Origin: Candidatus Iainarchaeum sp.
GTDB lineage: Archaea > Iainarchaeota > Iainarchaeia > Iainarchaeales > UBA10191
Length of the DNA: 64,000 nucleotides
Assembly: GCA_030649735.1 (NCBI GenBank)
Contig: JAUSFL010000008.1
Location: forward strand, 1-64,000
Direction of reading: 5' to 3'
Position numbers and translations under genes: made by a program
Shown: one piece after another, positions 47,260 to 55,993 of the stretch
Position numbering within the stretch: position 1 is the first letter of the stretch
Layout: each line of letters starts with the position of its first letter
The notes under the pieces: model-generated
What the model was told of the DNA's origin: nothing
Databases searched by the model: none
What the model saw: only the letters and a program-made list of their open reading frames with translations

Positions 47260-47631
47260 TCACTTTCCCTTCTTTGCAGGCTTTGGTTTTTTCTGCTTCA
47301 GTCTTTTGTCGTCATTCCTGTCAATTTCTGTAACTATCAAGTTTGAAGCGTTGATTCCCAATGGCTTTTCTGTGCCGTCGCTTTTTTTTACTTTGATTCC
47401 GTCAATGAAGACCCTGAACTTGTGCCTGTCAATGCCCGTGACTTTTCCATTGGCTTTGGTGTGCTCTCCGCGCATTACTTTGACAGTGTCGCCTTTTTTT
47501 ACTGTGATGTTTCTTAAGCCGAGCTCTTTTCGCAATTCCTTGCTCAAGTGCGCCTTGACGAATTTTTTCCTGTCTTTCAGGCTTGCTGAAAGCATTTCTT
47601 TCCTTTGCTTTTTAGGCTTTTTTGACACCAT
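47260..47631 (-). CDS. rpl24: 50S ribosomal protein uL24
   Basis: LSKELR, KGDTVKVMRG. Confidence 0.96.
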   Translation of the reverse strand: MVSKKPKKQRKEMLSASLKDRKKFVKAHLSKELRKELGLRNITVKKGDTVKVMRGEHTKANGKVTGIDRHKFRVFIDGIKVKKSDGTEKPLGINASNLIVTEIDRNDDKRLKQKKPKPAKKGK

Positions 47632-47664
47632 CTTAATTCACCAATATATCAACTTATATAATAT

Positions 47665-48063
47665 TCAAATTACTGCAGTTGCGAGCCCAGCTACTTTTGC
47701 CCAGCGTTCTCCAACTTCTTTTGCGACTACTCCTTTCACTTCGCTTGCTTTTGGAAGGCCTTTTTCATCCACTAGGACCACTGCGTTGTCTTCGAATTTA
47801 ATGCGTGTTCCGTCAGGCCTTTTGTACTCTTTCTTGACTCGGACTACAACTGCCCTTTCGATTTTTTTCTTGATTTCCGGCTTTCCCTTGCTTACCACGA
47901 CATTCACCATGTCTGCAATTCCTGCAGCCGGCTTTTGCCTGTATTTTGTATGGTGCCCGAAAACAGTGATTATGTAGACCTCTTTTGCTCCGCTGTTGTC
48001 AGTGCAAACGCAGGTTGTGTTCTGGTTCAGTGTTTTTGTTATTGAAGCGCTGATTGGTTTCAT
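47665..48063 (-). CDS. rpl14: 50S ribosomal protein uL14
   Basis: DNSGAK, FEDNAVV. Confidence 0.97.
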   Translation of the reverse strand: MKPISASITKTLNQNTTCVCTDNSGAKEVYIITVFGHHTKYRQKPAAGIADMVNVVVSKGKPEIKKKIERAVVVRVKKEYKRPDGTRIKFEDNAVVLVDEKGLPKASEVKGVVAKEVGERWAKVAGLATAVI

Positions 48064-48440
48064 TGCTTTTCACCTTTTATTGCCGCTGTTTTTATTTTCT
48101 TGTCGGGCTTTTTTGCCATTGATTCTTTCTTTTCTTCCGGCCTTTCGGCGCGCTTGTCAATGCTCATGATTGTGAAGTTTTTTGTCTTGCTTAATTTTCT
48201 TGTTTCCCCGACTGTTACAATGTCTCCTTCTTTGGCGTTCATGCAGCCCGGATTGTGTGCCGCAATCTTTGACTTGACTTTCTTGTATCTCTCGTACTTT
48301 TTCACGAAATGCACCACTTCTCTTTCTACTTTGATTGTCTTTGGGGCTTTTGCCGAGACTACTTTGCCAGTAAAGACATTTCCCCTTACCTTGACATTGC
48401 CGTGAACATAGCATTTTTCATCATTGCATTCTTGCGCCAT
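48060..48440 (-). CDS. rps17: 30S ribosomal protein uS17
   Basis: C.D.KC..HG, KYERY, LSKTK. Confidence 0.96.
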   Translation of the reverse strand: MAQECNDEKCYVHGNVKVRGNVFTGKVVSAKAPKTIKVEREVVHFVKKYERYKKVKSKIAAHNPGCMNAKEGDIVTVGETRKLSKTKNFTIMSIDKRAERPEEKKESMAKKPDKKIKTAAIKGEKQ

Positions 48441-48443
48441 TTT

Positions 48444-48749
48444 TTACACCATTGCCTTCATTTTTTTCGCGAGAGCTTTTATTCGGTCTTCGGGCCTGAA
48501 TTCAATCAGTTCTCCGGAAATCCGCGCTTTTTTTCCCGCAATTTCAAACTCAAAAATGTTTCCTTTCTTTTCCACCTTTTTCATTCCGTTTTTTGTTTCA
48601 ATCTCGAATGTTTTTTTCGTTTCCCACAGCAATCTTCCGCTGAGTCCTTTTTTTGAAGGGTCTTTGCTTTCCGCAATCCTGACTTGCAGTCCATTAAGCT
48701 CGTGCATTGGAAGCAATTCCGCACAAAGCCCAAAATCATGCTCCTTCAA
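48444..48749 (-). CDS. rnp1: RNase P protein Rpp29
   Basis: HELNGL, ETKKT, RPEDR; synteny. Confidence 0.9.
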   Translation of the reverse strand: MKEHDFGLCAELLPMHELNGLQVRIAESKDPSKKGLSGRLLWETKKTFEIETKNGMKKVEKKGNIFEFEIAGKKARISGELIEFRPEDRIKALAKKMKAMV

Positions 48750-49044
48750 TCAATTCCTCCTTGTATCCTTGCTGTTTAAGCATTTCTTTGACTTTCTTTC
48801 GATGGTCGCCTTGCAATTCAATGGTTTTGTCCTTTAAGGTTCCGCCGCAGGCAAGCTTTTTTTTCAAAAGCTTCTCTAGCTCTTTGGCTTTTTCCTTGTC
48901 GTCAAAACCGCTTACTGTTGTCACGATTTTCTTGAAGCTTGTTCGCATCAGCCTTATTTTGATTTTTTGCGTTTCTTTCTCGATTTCAACGCAAACGCAA
49001 AGGCTTTTCGGCAAGCCGCAAGTCTGGCATATTTCCTCGACCAT
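48736..49044 (-). CDS. translation initiation factor SUI1 (aIF1)
   Basis: CGLPKSLCVC, LACGGT, IELQGDH. Confidence 0.95.
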   Translation of the reverse strand: MVEEICQTCGLPKSLCVCVEIEKETQKIKIRLMRTSFKKIVTTVSGFDDKEKAKELEKLLKKKLACGGTLKDKTIELQGDHRKKVKEMLKQQGYKEELIEGA

Positions 49045-49287
49045 TTACTTTTTTGCCTCCGTTTTTTTGCTTGCGTTTTGCAAACTTTTAGTCTGCTTTT
49101 CCTGAATGATTGTCAAGCATCTTGCAATGTCCCTGCGCAGGTTTCCTATTGTTGCGGGCTTTTCAGGCCTTGTTCCAGAGCTTTTAATGCTTCTTTCTTT
49201 CGCGAGCTTTGCCTTTAACTCTGCTGCCTTGTCCTCTAGCTCTTGCACTCCAAGGCCCCTGAACTGCGAGATTTTTTTCTTAGTCAT
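49045..49287 (-). CDS. rpl29: 50S ribosomal protein uL29
   Basis: LRRDIARCLTI; synteny. Confidence 0.92.
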   Translation of the reverse strand: MTKKKISQFRGLGVQELEDKAAELKAKLAKERSIKSSGTRPEKPATIGNLRRDIARCLTIIQEKQTKSLQNASKKTEAKK

Positions 49288-50264
49288 TTTTCTTCACTTT
49301 TTTCTTTTGCTTCTTTTTCATGCTCTTTGTGGACTTCTTTCTTTTCAGAATGCTCTTTTTTCTCGTGCTCTTTGTGCGCTGGAGCCTCTTTCTTTTCTTC
49401 CTTGTGAACGTGAGTTTCGTGTTCCTTGTGTGAATGCGCTTCATGCTCTTTTTTTTCATGAGTGTTAGATTGTGCTTCTTTCTTTTCTGAGTGCTCTTTT
49501 TTCTCCACTGTTTTCTTTTTTTCCTCTTGCTTGTCTTCTGCTTTGACTTTTTCAGTCTCGAATTCTAAAGGCTTTGTTATTGTCCCTTCGGTTTTTGTTG
49601 AGAGCGCTTCTTCCGCCTTTTTTGTCGCGTTTTCTATCGCTTCCTGCCTTTTTGCAAAAAGCTCTTTCAAGTTTATCTTGTCAGGGAATACTGTGTCTGG
49701 ATGCACTATGCGCAGTTTTATTCCAATCGCGCCGTATTTTGGGTATGCTGTGACTTTGGCGTAATCGACAAGCTTTACCTGGTCTCCGGTTTTTTTCATG
49801 TATCCTGTCGCAATCCTTTGCTTTCTTTTTCTTTCTCCTTTTCCGCCCAATGCTCCTGCAAGCACTAATTCCACTCCTTGCGCGCCTTTCATTGAAATGT
49901 CATGCACTACTTTGTAGGCAATGCTTCTCCAGCTGTATCCGCGCTCTAAAAGCATTTTCAGCCTGTCTGCTGTTGCCTTGGCGTCAAGTTCTGGAACTTT
50001 GATTTCTTGGATTTCCAATTGCGGGTTTTCAATCTTGAATTTTTCCCCAAGCTCGAGAGTTAAGCGTTTTATGTTTTGCCCGCTTTTTCCGATTGCAAGC
50101 CCCGGGTGCGTTACATTAACTATGATTCTAGTGACTAGTGGAGTTTTCACTATGTCAAGCTTTGTGAATCCTGCCCTGTCCATGTTCTTTCGGATGTAGT
50201 TTTCTAGCTCGATTTTTTTCATGTTTTGCTGAATAAAGGTTCTTTCAATCAAGTTTTTCACCAT
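49284..50264 (-). CDS. rps3: 30S ribosomal protein uS3 with long His/Glu/Lys-rich C-terminal tail
   Basis: PGLAIGKSG KH domain, GAQGVE, G.IGIK. Confidence 0.96.
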   Translation of the reverse strand: MVKNLIERTFIQQNMKKIELENYIRKNMDRAGFTKLDIVKTPLVTRIIVNVTHPGLAIGKSGQNIKRLTLELGEKFKIENPQLEIQEIKVPELDAKATADRLKMLLERGYSWRSIAYKVVHDISMKGAQGVELVLAGALGGKGERKRKQRIATGYMKKTGDQVKLVDYAKVTAYPKYGAIGIKLRIVHPDTVFPDKINLKELFAKRQEAIENATKKAEEALSTKTEGTITKPLEFETEKVKAEDKQEEKKKTVEKKEHSEKKEAQSNTHEKKEHEAHSHKEHETHVHKEEKKEAPAHKEHEKKEHSEKKEVHKEHEKEAKEKSEEK

Positions 50265-50265
50265 T

Positions 50266-50754
50266 TTATGCCGCGTTTTCCCTTGCTATTACTTCCAAAT
50301 GTGCCGCTTTTTTAACGTGGGTTTTTCCTGAAATTTTTCCCTGCTTTTGATGGCTTGTCCTTCCAACGCCTTTGCTTGCAAAAGCATGAATGATTATCAA
50401 ATTTTCTGCGTTAAGCCCTTTGTAGTCTGCGTTTGCTTTCAATTGCTCTAAAAGCTCGACCCATTTTGTCGCGCATCTTTTAGGGTATCTTCCTGTTTTT
50501 GTGTGGCTTATTGCGTCTCCTTTCCTGTGCGGGACTTCCTTGTTGTAGCGCCTTAAAGGCAAGTGCCTTGTTTTTTCAGCGACTGCCTTCAGGAATTGTA
50601 TTGCCCACGCGACTCTTTTGCCCTTGATTTCACGGCTTATTTCAGTGCTGTACTTCAGGCTTACTGGCGCGTTGTTTGCTATGGCCTTGGCTATTGTTTT
50701 TTCAGTGCCGAGAGAGAATTGAACATTGTAATTTTTCTTGCTCATTCCAATCAT
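50266..50754 (-). CDS. rpl22: 50S ribosomal protein uL22
   Basis: VSLK, GRYPK, ANADYKGL. Confidence 0.96.
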   Translation of the reverse strand: MIGMSKKNYNVQFSLGTEKTIAKAIANNAPVSLKYSTEISREIKGKRVAWAIQFLKAVAEKTRHLPLRRYNKEVPHRKGDAISHTKTGRYPKRCATKWVELLEQLKANADYKGLNAENLIIIHAFASKGVGRTSHQKQGKISGKTHVKKAAHLEVIARENAA

Positions 50755-51152
50755 CCTCTTGCGTTAACTGCTGTGGAGCTTCTTGTTGCTCCAATTCCTG
50801 CCTTTCCGTGCTGTAAGCGTTTTCTTGTTTGCGAGAATTCCCCTAAAGTGTGCCCTATCATTTCGTCCTTTGCTTCCATTAAAATGAACTCGTGGCCGTT
50901 GTATATTGCAAACTTTAATCCAACAAACTTTGGCAGAATGATTGCTTCTCTTTTGTGGGTCCTGATTGATTTTGGCTCTTTTCCAGCCAGTTTTTCTTTC
51001 AATGCCTTGTCAACGCGTTTCATTAATGGGGAGTCAGTTCCGCGAAGAAGGCTTCTTCTTCTCCTGGATTTCGCGATTTTCGCGAATTCTTCATTTGACA
51101 TTTCCTTTAACTCGCCTAGAGTTTTTCCCTTGTAATTGAATTCTTTAGCCAA
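50751..51152 (-). CDS. rps19: 30S ribosomal protein uS19
   Basis: IRTH.R, MIGH.LGEF, GIGATRSS. Confidence 0.97.
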   Translation of the reverse strand: MAKEFNYKGKTLGELKEMSNEEFAKIAKSRRRRSLLRGTDSPLMKRVDKALKEKLAGKEPKSIRTHKREAIILPKFVGLKFAIYNGHEFILMEAKDEMIGHTLGEFSQTRKRLQHGKAGIGATRSSTAVNARG

Positions 51153-51165
51153 TTTTTCACCTTGA

Positions 51166-51888
51166 TTATTTCTTTAATCTTCCTGTTCTTTTGCTTGCAA
51201 TTGCCCCGACTTTTCTTCCAGGAGGAGCATGCCTTGAAGTAGACTTTGACTTTCCTGCGTGATGCTGGCCTCCGCCGAATGGATGGCTTAAAGGATTCAT
51301 TGCGACTCCTCTCACGCTTGGGTACTTGTGGTGCTTTGCGCGCATTTTGTGGAATGCAGCCCCTGCCTTTACCAATGGCTTTTCGCCTCTTCCGCTTCCT
51401 GCTCCGCACCCGATTGTTGCCCTGCAGCCTGGATTTAATTGCACTGTTTGGCCTGAAGGCAGTTTTACAAAAACTGTCTTGCTGTCTTTTGTCATTACCA
51501 GCCCGTACAGTCCGGAGCTTTTTATCAAGACTCCGCCATCGCCTGGTGTTTTTTCAACGCAAAATACTGGGGCTCCTTCAACAATTTCTCTTAATGGAAG
51601 CACGTTTCCGACACTCAATGCGGCTTTTTTTCCAAGCTCTATGTTTTGCCCCACGCTTAATCCTTCAGCAGCCAGCATTACGACTTCTTTGCCGTTTTCG
51701 AAATTTACTTTTGCCAATACTCCGCTGTGCAATTGGTCAATGAATAATTCTGAAACTCTTCCCCTGATTAATTCAGCGTCTTTAACGTCGTTTAATGTCA
51801 AGTATCCACTCTTGGCTTTGGCGTTCATTGACGCCTTGTAGGTTGGAGAACCTTTTCCTGCCCTTTGAGTCCTTGTTCTTTGCGCCAT
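51166..51888 (-). CDS. rpl2: 50S ribosomal protein uL2
   Basis: VRGVAMNP..HPFGGG, PPGRKVG. Confidence 0.97.
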   Translation of the reverse strand: MAQRTRTQRAGKGSPTYKASMNAKAKSGYLTLNDVKDAELIRGRVSELFIDQLHSGVLAKVNFENGKEVVMLAAEGLSVGQNIELGKKAALSVGNVLPLREIVEGAPVFCVEKTPGDGGVLIKSSGLYGLVMTKDSKTVFVKLPSGQTVQLNPGCRATIGCGAGSGRGEKPLVKAGAAFHKMRAKHHKYPSVRGVAMNPLSHPFGGGQHHAGKSKSTSRHAPPGRKVGAIASKRTGRLKK

Positions 51889-51894
51889 AAAATA

Positions 51895-52386
51895 TTACAC
51901 TACTCCAAGCTTTGTCGCCAATTCTTGGGCCTTGAATGCCTTTCCTAATTTAACAATTGCCTTTTTCCTGCCTTGATTGTCCCTTAATGTCTGCACGCTT
52001 TCTACTTTTACTGCATAAAGCTTTTCTATTGCAGTCCTGATGTCTATTTTTGATGCTTTTTGGTTTACAATGAATGTGATTTTGTTTTGCGCTTCAATCG
52101 CGCCGACTGCCTTTTCTGAAATTAATGGAAAAATCAATACTTCATTCAATTCCATTCCAGACTCTGTTTTTTCATGGCTTGCTTTTGGGACAAAGATTGC
52201 CTTTTCTTTCTTGGTCTCTTTTTTCTCGGCTGCTGCCTTTTTTGAACTTACTGCCTCTTCGCTCCAAATGTCTTCCTTTTCCGCCTTTGCAGCGTCTTTC
52301 TTCAATTTTGCAGCCTTTGGCTGGTTTGAAGCCTTGCTTTTCAAGTCTGCTTTTGCGCCTTTTGAAGTGTAGTCTTTTTCAGTCAT
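51895..52386 (-). CDS. rpl23: 50S ribosomal protein uL23 with N-terminal K/A/E extension
   Basis: PLISEKA, ITFIV, KKAIVKL. Confidence 0.94.
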   Translation of the reverse strand: MTEKDYTSKGAKADLKSKASNQPKAAKLKKDAAKAEKEDIWSEEAVSSKKAAAEKKETKKEKAIFVPKASHEKTESGMELNEVLIFPLISEKAVGAIEAQNKITFIVNQKASKIDIRTAIEKLYAVKVESVQTLRDNQGRKKAIVKLGKAFKAQELATKLGVV

Positions 52387-53189
52387 TGCAATTCCTTCAA
52401 TGCTTTTTCAGTAATAATCGTCAATCTTCCCGCATTGGTTCCTGGAGCCAATTGCTCAGCGTTCAATAATTTTGCTGCAACAACGTCAACGCCTTCAAAA
52501 TTCCTTGCCGCTTTTTCGACAGTTGTTTTTGATTTTGAAACAATAATAAGCAGGCTTTTTCTTTTTTTGTACCTTCTTCCCCTTGACTTTCCTTTTCCTG
52601 CCCTTATTTGCTTTTTTGACTTTGCTTTTTCAATGTCTTGCATTACTCCAAGGCTTTCCAATACTTTTGCGACTTCTTTTGACTTTAGCAATTCTTCAAA
52701 CTTGTCTTCAATGATTATTGGAGTTTCCTTGATGATTGATTCGTCAAAAACATGCCCTCTTTTTTTCACGATTTCCTTGTCAGCGATTGCTGCAAGCGCT
52801 GAATGAGTTGCCTTTTGCTTTTCTTTCTTGTTAATGCTTTCCTGCAATACTCTCATGCTTTTTGGAGGATGCGCTTTAGGGCCTCCAACAACTCCGGCAA
52901 TTCCTGCAACTCTTCCGTAAAGCAAGAATCTCCTGTTTCTCAAGCGTGGCTTTCTTGCCCTTCCAGTATTGATTGTTCTCATTGGAGTCGGGTAATGCCT
53001 TGCTCCAATGTATTCTGCAGTGTTAGTTCTGCCTGCGCGAGGGTTTGCCCCATAGCTTTTCCGCTTTGCAGAGCGGATTGCCAATACTGCTCTTTTGATT
53101 AGATTAAAGTCAACTTCTTCATTGAATGCTTCAGGCAATTCAACGTGCTTTAATGCCTTGCCTTCTAGTGAAAAAACGCTTGCTTTCAT
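52383..53189 (-). CDS. rpl4: 50S ribosomal protein uL4
   Basis: GG.KAHPPK, RAGKGKSRGRRY, LAPG. Confidence 0.97.
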   Translation of the reverse strand: MKASVFSLEGKALKHVELPEAFNEEVDFNLIKRAVLAIRSAKRKSYGANPRAGRTNTAEYIGARHYPTPMRTINTGRARKPRLRNRRFLLYGRVAGIAGVVGGPKAHPPKSMRVLQESINKKEKQKATHSALAAIADKEIVKKRGHVFDESIIKETPIIIEDKFEELLKSKEVAKVLESLGVMQDIEKAKSKKQIRAGKGKSRGRRYKKRKSLLIIVSKSKTTVEKAARNFEGVDVVAAKLLNAEQLAPGTNAGRLTIITEKALKELQ

Positions 53190-54196
53190 AATGCCACACC
53201 TGTGCTTGGCTGTGTGCTGAAGCTTTCAATAGGTCCAATCTTCCACTTGCTTTCCAGAGTCTTTCTTGCAGGCTCCCTTAATGCAATAAGCCTTTTCACA
53301 ATGCCTGGAGTGCTTCCGGCAATCAAAATGAAATCATTCCTCAAGTCTCCGTAATCCTCAAATCCTGCTGAAGGATTGATTTTCTTGAAATCGCTTGAAA
53401 TTAGCAAAACTTTCTTGTTGAATTCCACGCGCGCGTGGTATCCGTGCTGTCCTGCCCTTGCGACAGTGAACATGATGGAGCTTGGATTCCAAGGCCCGTA
53501 AGTTCCAGGCTTTCTGTGGTATTTTCCTTTTCTTCCAAAAACCTTGACTCCAAATCTTTTTACTGGGCCTGTAGTCCCAAATCCTTTAGTGACTGCCTTG
53601 ACATCAACAAACTGGCTGTCCTTGAAAACATCCTGTGCTTTCAATTCTTGCCCTAGCTTTGATTTTGCAAAATTGAATTGCTCTTCTGGAGTCCCGCTTA
53701 ACGCAATTTCTGAAATTGCAGGCTTTTTCTTGCCCATTGTGGTCATTGCAGGATTAGTATGAACTAATAAGTGAACTTCTGAAATTTCTGATTTTCTAGC
53801 TTCCAAGTCCTCGATTTTGTGCTCTTTTTTCTTTTTTGCAAAGCTTTGCTGCCTTCTTGCCAAGTTCTTGTCAAGCTTTGCAGTCAAGACTTCGCCCAAA
53901 ACATGGCTTCCGTAAGAGTCTTTAGTGTAGGCCCTTACTCCAAAAACCTTTAATGGAGGGCATTCGAGCACAGTGCAGGGAATTTGCATTGTCATTCCTT
54001 TCTTGTGGGATTTTGCATGGTCGTTTTTTGCCATTACGTGAACCATGCCTGCCTTGTAGCCGAAAAAATTCAATGGCTTAACGCCTTCAATTTTTGAGAC
54101 AGTCTTAAAGCTAGTGAAGACTGGAGTTTCCTTTAGAGCGCGCTTTCTTGGATAGAAAGCCATGCTTCCTTCTCTTGGCTTGTGCTTTTTTCCCAT
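53186..54196 (-). CDS. rpl3: 50S ribosomal protein uL3
   Basis: PREGS..F.PRKR, GYKAGM, GPVKRFG. Confidence 0.97.
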   Translation of the reverse strand: MGKKHKPREGSMAFYPRKRALKETPVFTSFKTVSKIEGVKPLNFFGYKAGMVHVMAKNDHAKSHKKGMTMQIPCTVLECPPLKVFGVRAYTKDSYGSHVLGEVLTAKLDKNLARRQQSFAKKKKEHKIEDLEARKSEISEVHLLVHTNPAMTTMGKKKPAISEIALSGTPEEQFNFAKSKLGQELKAQDVFKDSQFVDVKAVTKGFGTTGPVKRFGVKVFGRKGKYHRKPGTYGPWNPSSIMFTVARAGQHGYHARVEFNKKVLLISSDFKKINPSAGFEDYGDLRNDFILIAGSTPGIVKRLIALREPARKTLESKWKIGPIESFSTQPSTGVAL

Positions 54197-54469
54197 TAAA
54201 TTTCACGTGGTTGGTGTTAAAGCTGTTTTTAGAGCATCGGCATTAGGGTGCCGAAACAAAAAAATGCTTTTTGGTGGCTAAATTTTTACTGAAAAAGGAC
54301 CAGCGTTAAAACACTGGGCTTTTTGCATTTCCAGATGAAAAAACTCTCCTGGAAGTGTGCTTTATTACCTTAATATTTCAGGAAAAAGTATTTAAAGGGA
54401 AAGGTCGCTTTGCCTTTCCAGAACTCCTTAAAAACTACTTGGCATTTCCGCTCTTATTCTCAATTATTT

Positions 54470-55930
54470 TCATGGCCCCTCGCGGCCTGTGCTAATGCAG
54501 ATCGCATTGCACGCTCCTGGATTTTGGCAAGAATCTATTGTTGAAGGATTATTGTCATTGCACTCTGAGCTTGAAAAACAGTAAGGAGTTGTGCAGTTTC
54601 CATTGCAGACTACTTGAGTTGGTTGGCAATTTCTTCCAATATTTATTTCGGCAGAGTAAATATTCTGTATTTCGCTTAGCGAGAGCTGCCGCCCGTAAAT
54701 TTTTAAGTTATCTATTCTTCCATTAAATGTTCCGCTGAATGGAATGCTTCCTGACTGGTATGCCCCGTAAGTTGTTCCAATAAGCAAGTCTCTAGTTGCA
54801 GTTACGTCAATTTTTGGAGTGTTCTCATCGTAATCAGTCCAACTATTTGGGTAGGTTACAGTGTAATTCCTCAAGCCGCCGTCAATTATTGTAATGATTT
54901 TTATTGAATCAGCAGCTCTTTCGACAGTATAAGCCAAGTGGTGCCAGTTTCCGTCCATCCAACTGCCGCCTAAGTTTCCGAGCCAAGCACTGAATGCCTG
55001 GTTTGGCGGAGGGCTTATTGGCGAAGTGTGCCTTATGTCTCCGTCAGTAACATAAAACCTGTCCCTGTAAATTCCGAAGCCCGGGCCCACATCATAATAT
55101 GCATTTGCAAGCACTGCCTGCTGTAAAGTGTCGCCAGTGTTCAATGCCTTTGCCCAAAGCATTACTGTAAAGTTTGTGTTTTTTCCAAAGTTCAGGCTTT
55201 CGTTTCCTTGGATTTTTGGAATTTTGACATAGCTATTTGCTCGCCTGTCAATCACAAGCACTTTTCCCCTGACTGGATCGTTTTCTATGGCTGCGCTTCC
55301 AACAATTATTCCGTTGTTTCCAAGCCCTGACTTGTCCAGCACGTCAGTTTCAAAAGGCAAGAATAGTCTCAAATCGCTTGTGCATTTTGAAGTGTCAAAT
55401 GACTTGCAGTCTGTGCTGCATCCTAAAGTCCCGCTAATAAATCCTTGGGTCTGGCAAGTCTGTCCGCTAAGATCATTGCTGTCACAGACTTCGATGCCTT
55501 GCTTTATTCCATCGCCGCATTTGAAATTGTAGCATTCTGAAGTGTCAAACTGGCAGTCTTTGCAATATAGACCTCCGCCATCAAATCCCAGGTCTTTGCA
55601 AAGCTTTCCGCCAAGATTTGTACTGTCGCATTGCTCATTTTCGTCAATTATTTCATTGCCGCAAACTGCTTGAGTACTGCATGCTCCCAGGCAGCATCTT
55701 GAAGTGTCGCTTGCTGAAGTCCAGTCTTGCGAGCAGTTTTCTTTTTCATTGCATGTAATTCCATTTTGCTCTTGGCAGGTTTTCAGTGTTTGCTGGCAGT
55801 CTTGAGAGCAAGTGTATTGGTCTTCTCCTTGTTCGCAAACTCTGTTTCCGCAATATGCTGGCGGGTTAACGCATCCTGAAATCAAAATTAAGACGCTAGC
55901 AAACAATAACACAAATAATGCTTTTTTCAA
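54470..55930 (-). CDS. Cys-rich surface lipoprotein-like protein with LamG/ConA-like domain
   Basis: ISGC lipobox-like motif; CG..I....E.CD repeats; WHHLAYT, FNGRIDNLKIY; TTG start at 55930. Confidence 0.85.
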   Translation of the reverse strand: MKKALFVLLFASVLILISGCVNPPAYCGNRVCEQGEDQYTCSQDCQQTLKTCQEQNGITCNEKENCSQDWTSASDTSRCCLGACSTQAVCGNEIIDENEQCDSTNLGGKLCKDLGFDGGGLYCKDCQFDTSECYNFKCGDGIKQGIEVCDSNDLSGQTCQTQGFISGTLGCSTDCKSFDTSKCTSDLRLFLPFETDVLDKSGLGNNGIIVGSAAIENDPVRGKVLVIDRRANSYVKIPKIQGNESLNFGKNTNFTVMLWAKALNTGDTLQQAVLANAYYDVGPGFGIYRDRFYVTDGDIRHTSPISPPPNQAFSAWLGNLGGSWMDGNWHHLAYTVERAADSIKIITIIDGGLRNYTVTYPNSWTDYDENTPKIDVTATRDLLIGTTYGAYQSGSIPFSGTFNGRIDNLKIYGRQLSLSEIQNIYSAEINIGRNCQPTQVVCNGNCTTPYCFSSSECNDNNPSTIDSCQNPGACNAICISTGREGP

Positions 55931-55993
55931 AACCCACCAACTCCTTTTTAGGAAAATTAAATATTTAAAGCTGAAATGCACAGCAGAAGCAAT

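Noticed and set aside
33000-54200. Many + strand ORFs over the ribosomal cluster, and similar shadow ORFs elsewhere
   Set aside because: They are antisense to well-supported genes, with Phe/Ser/Leu-rich mirror composition
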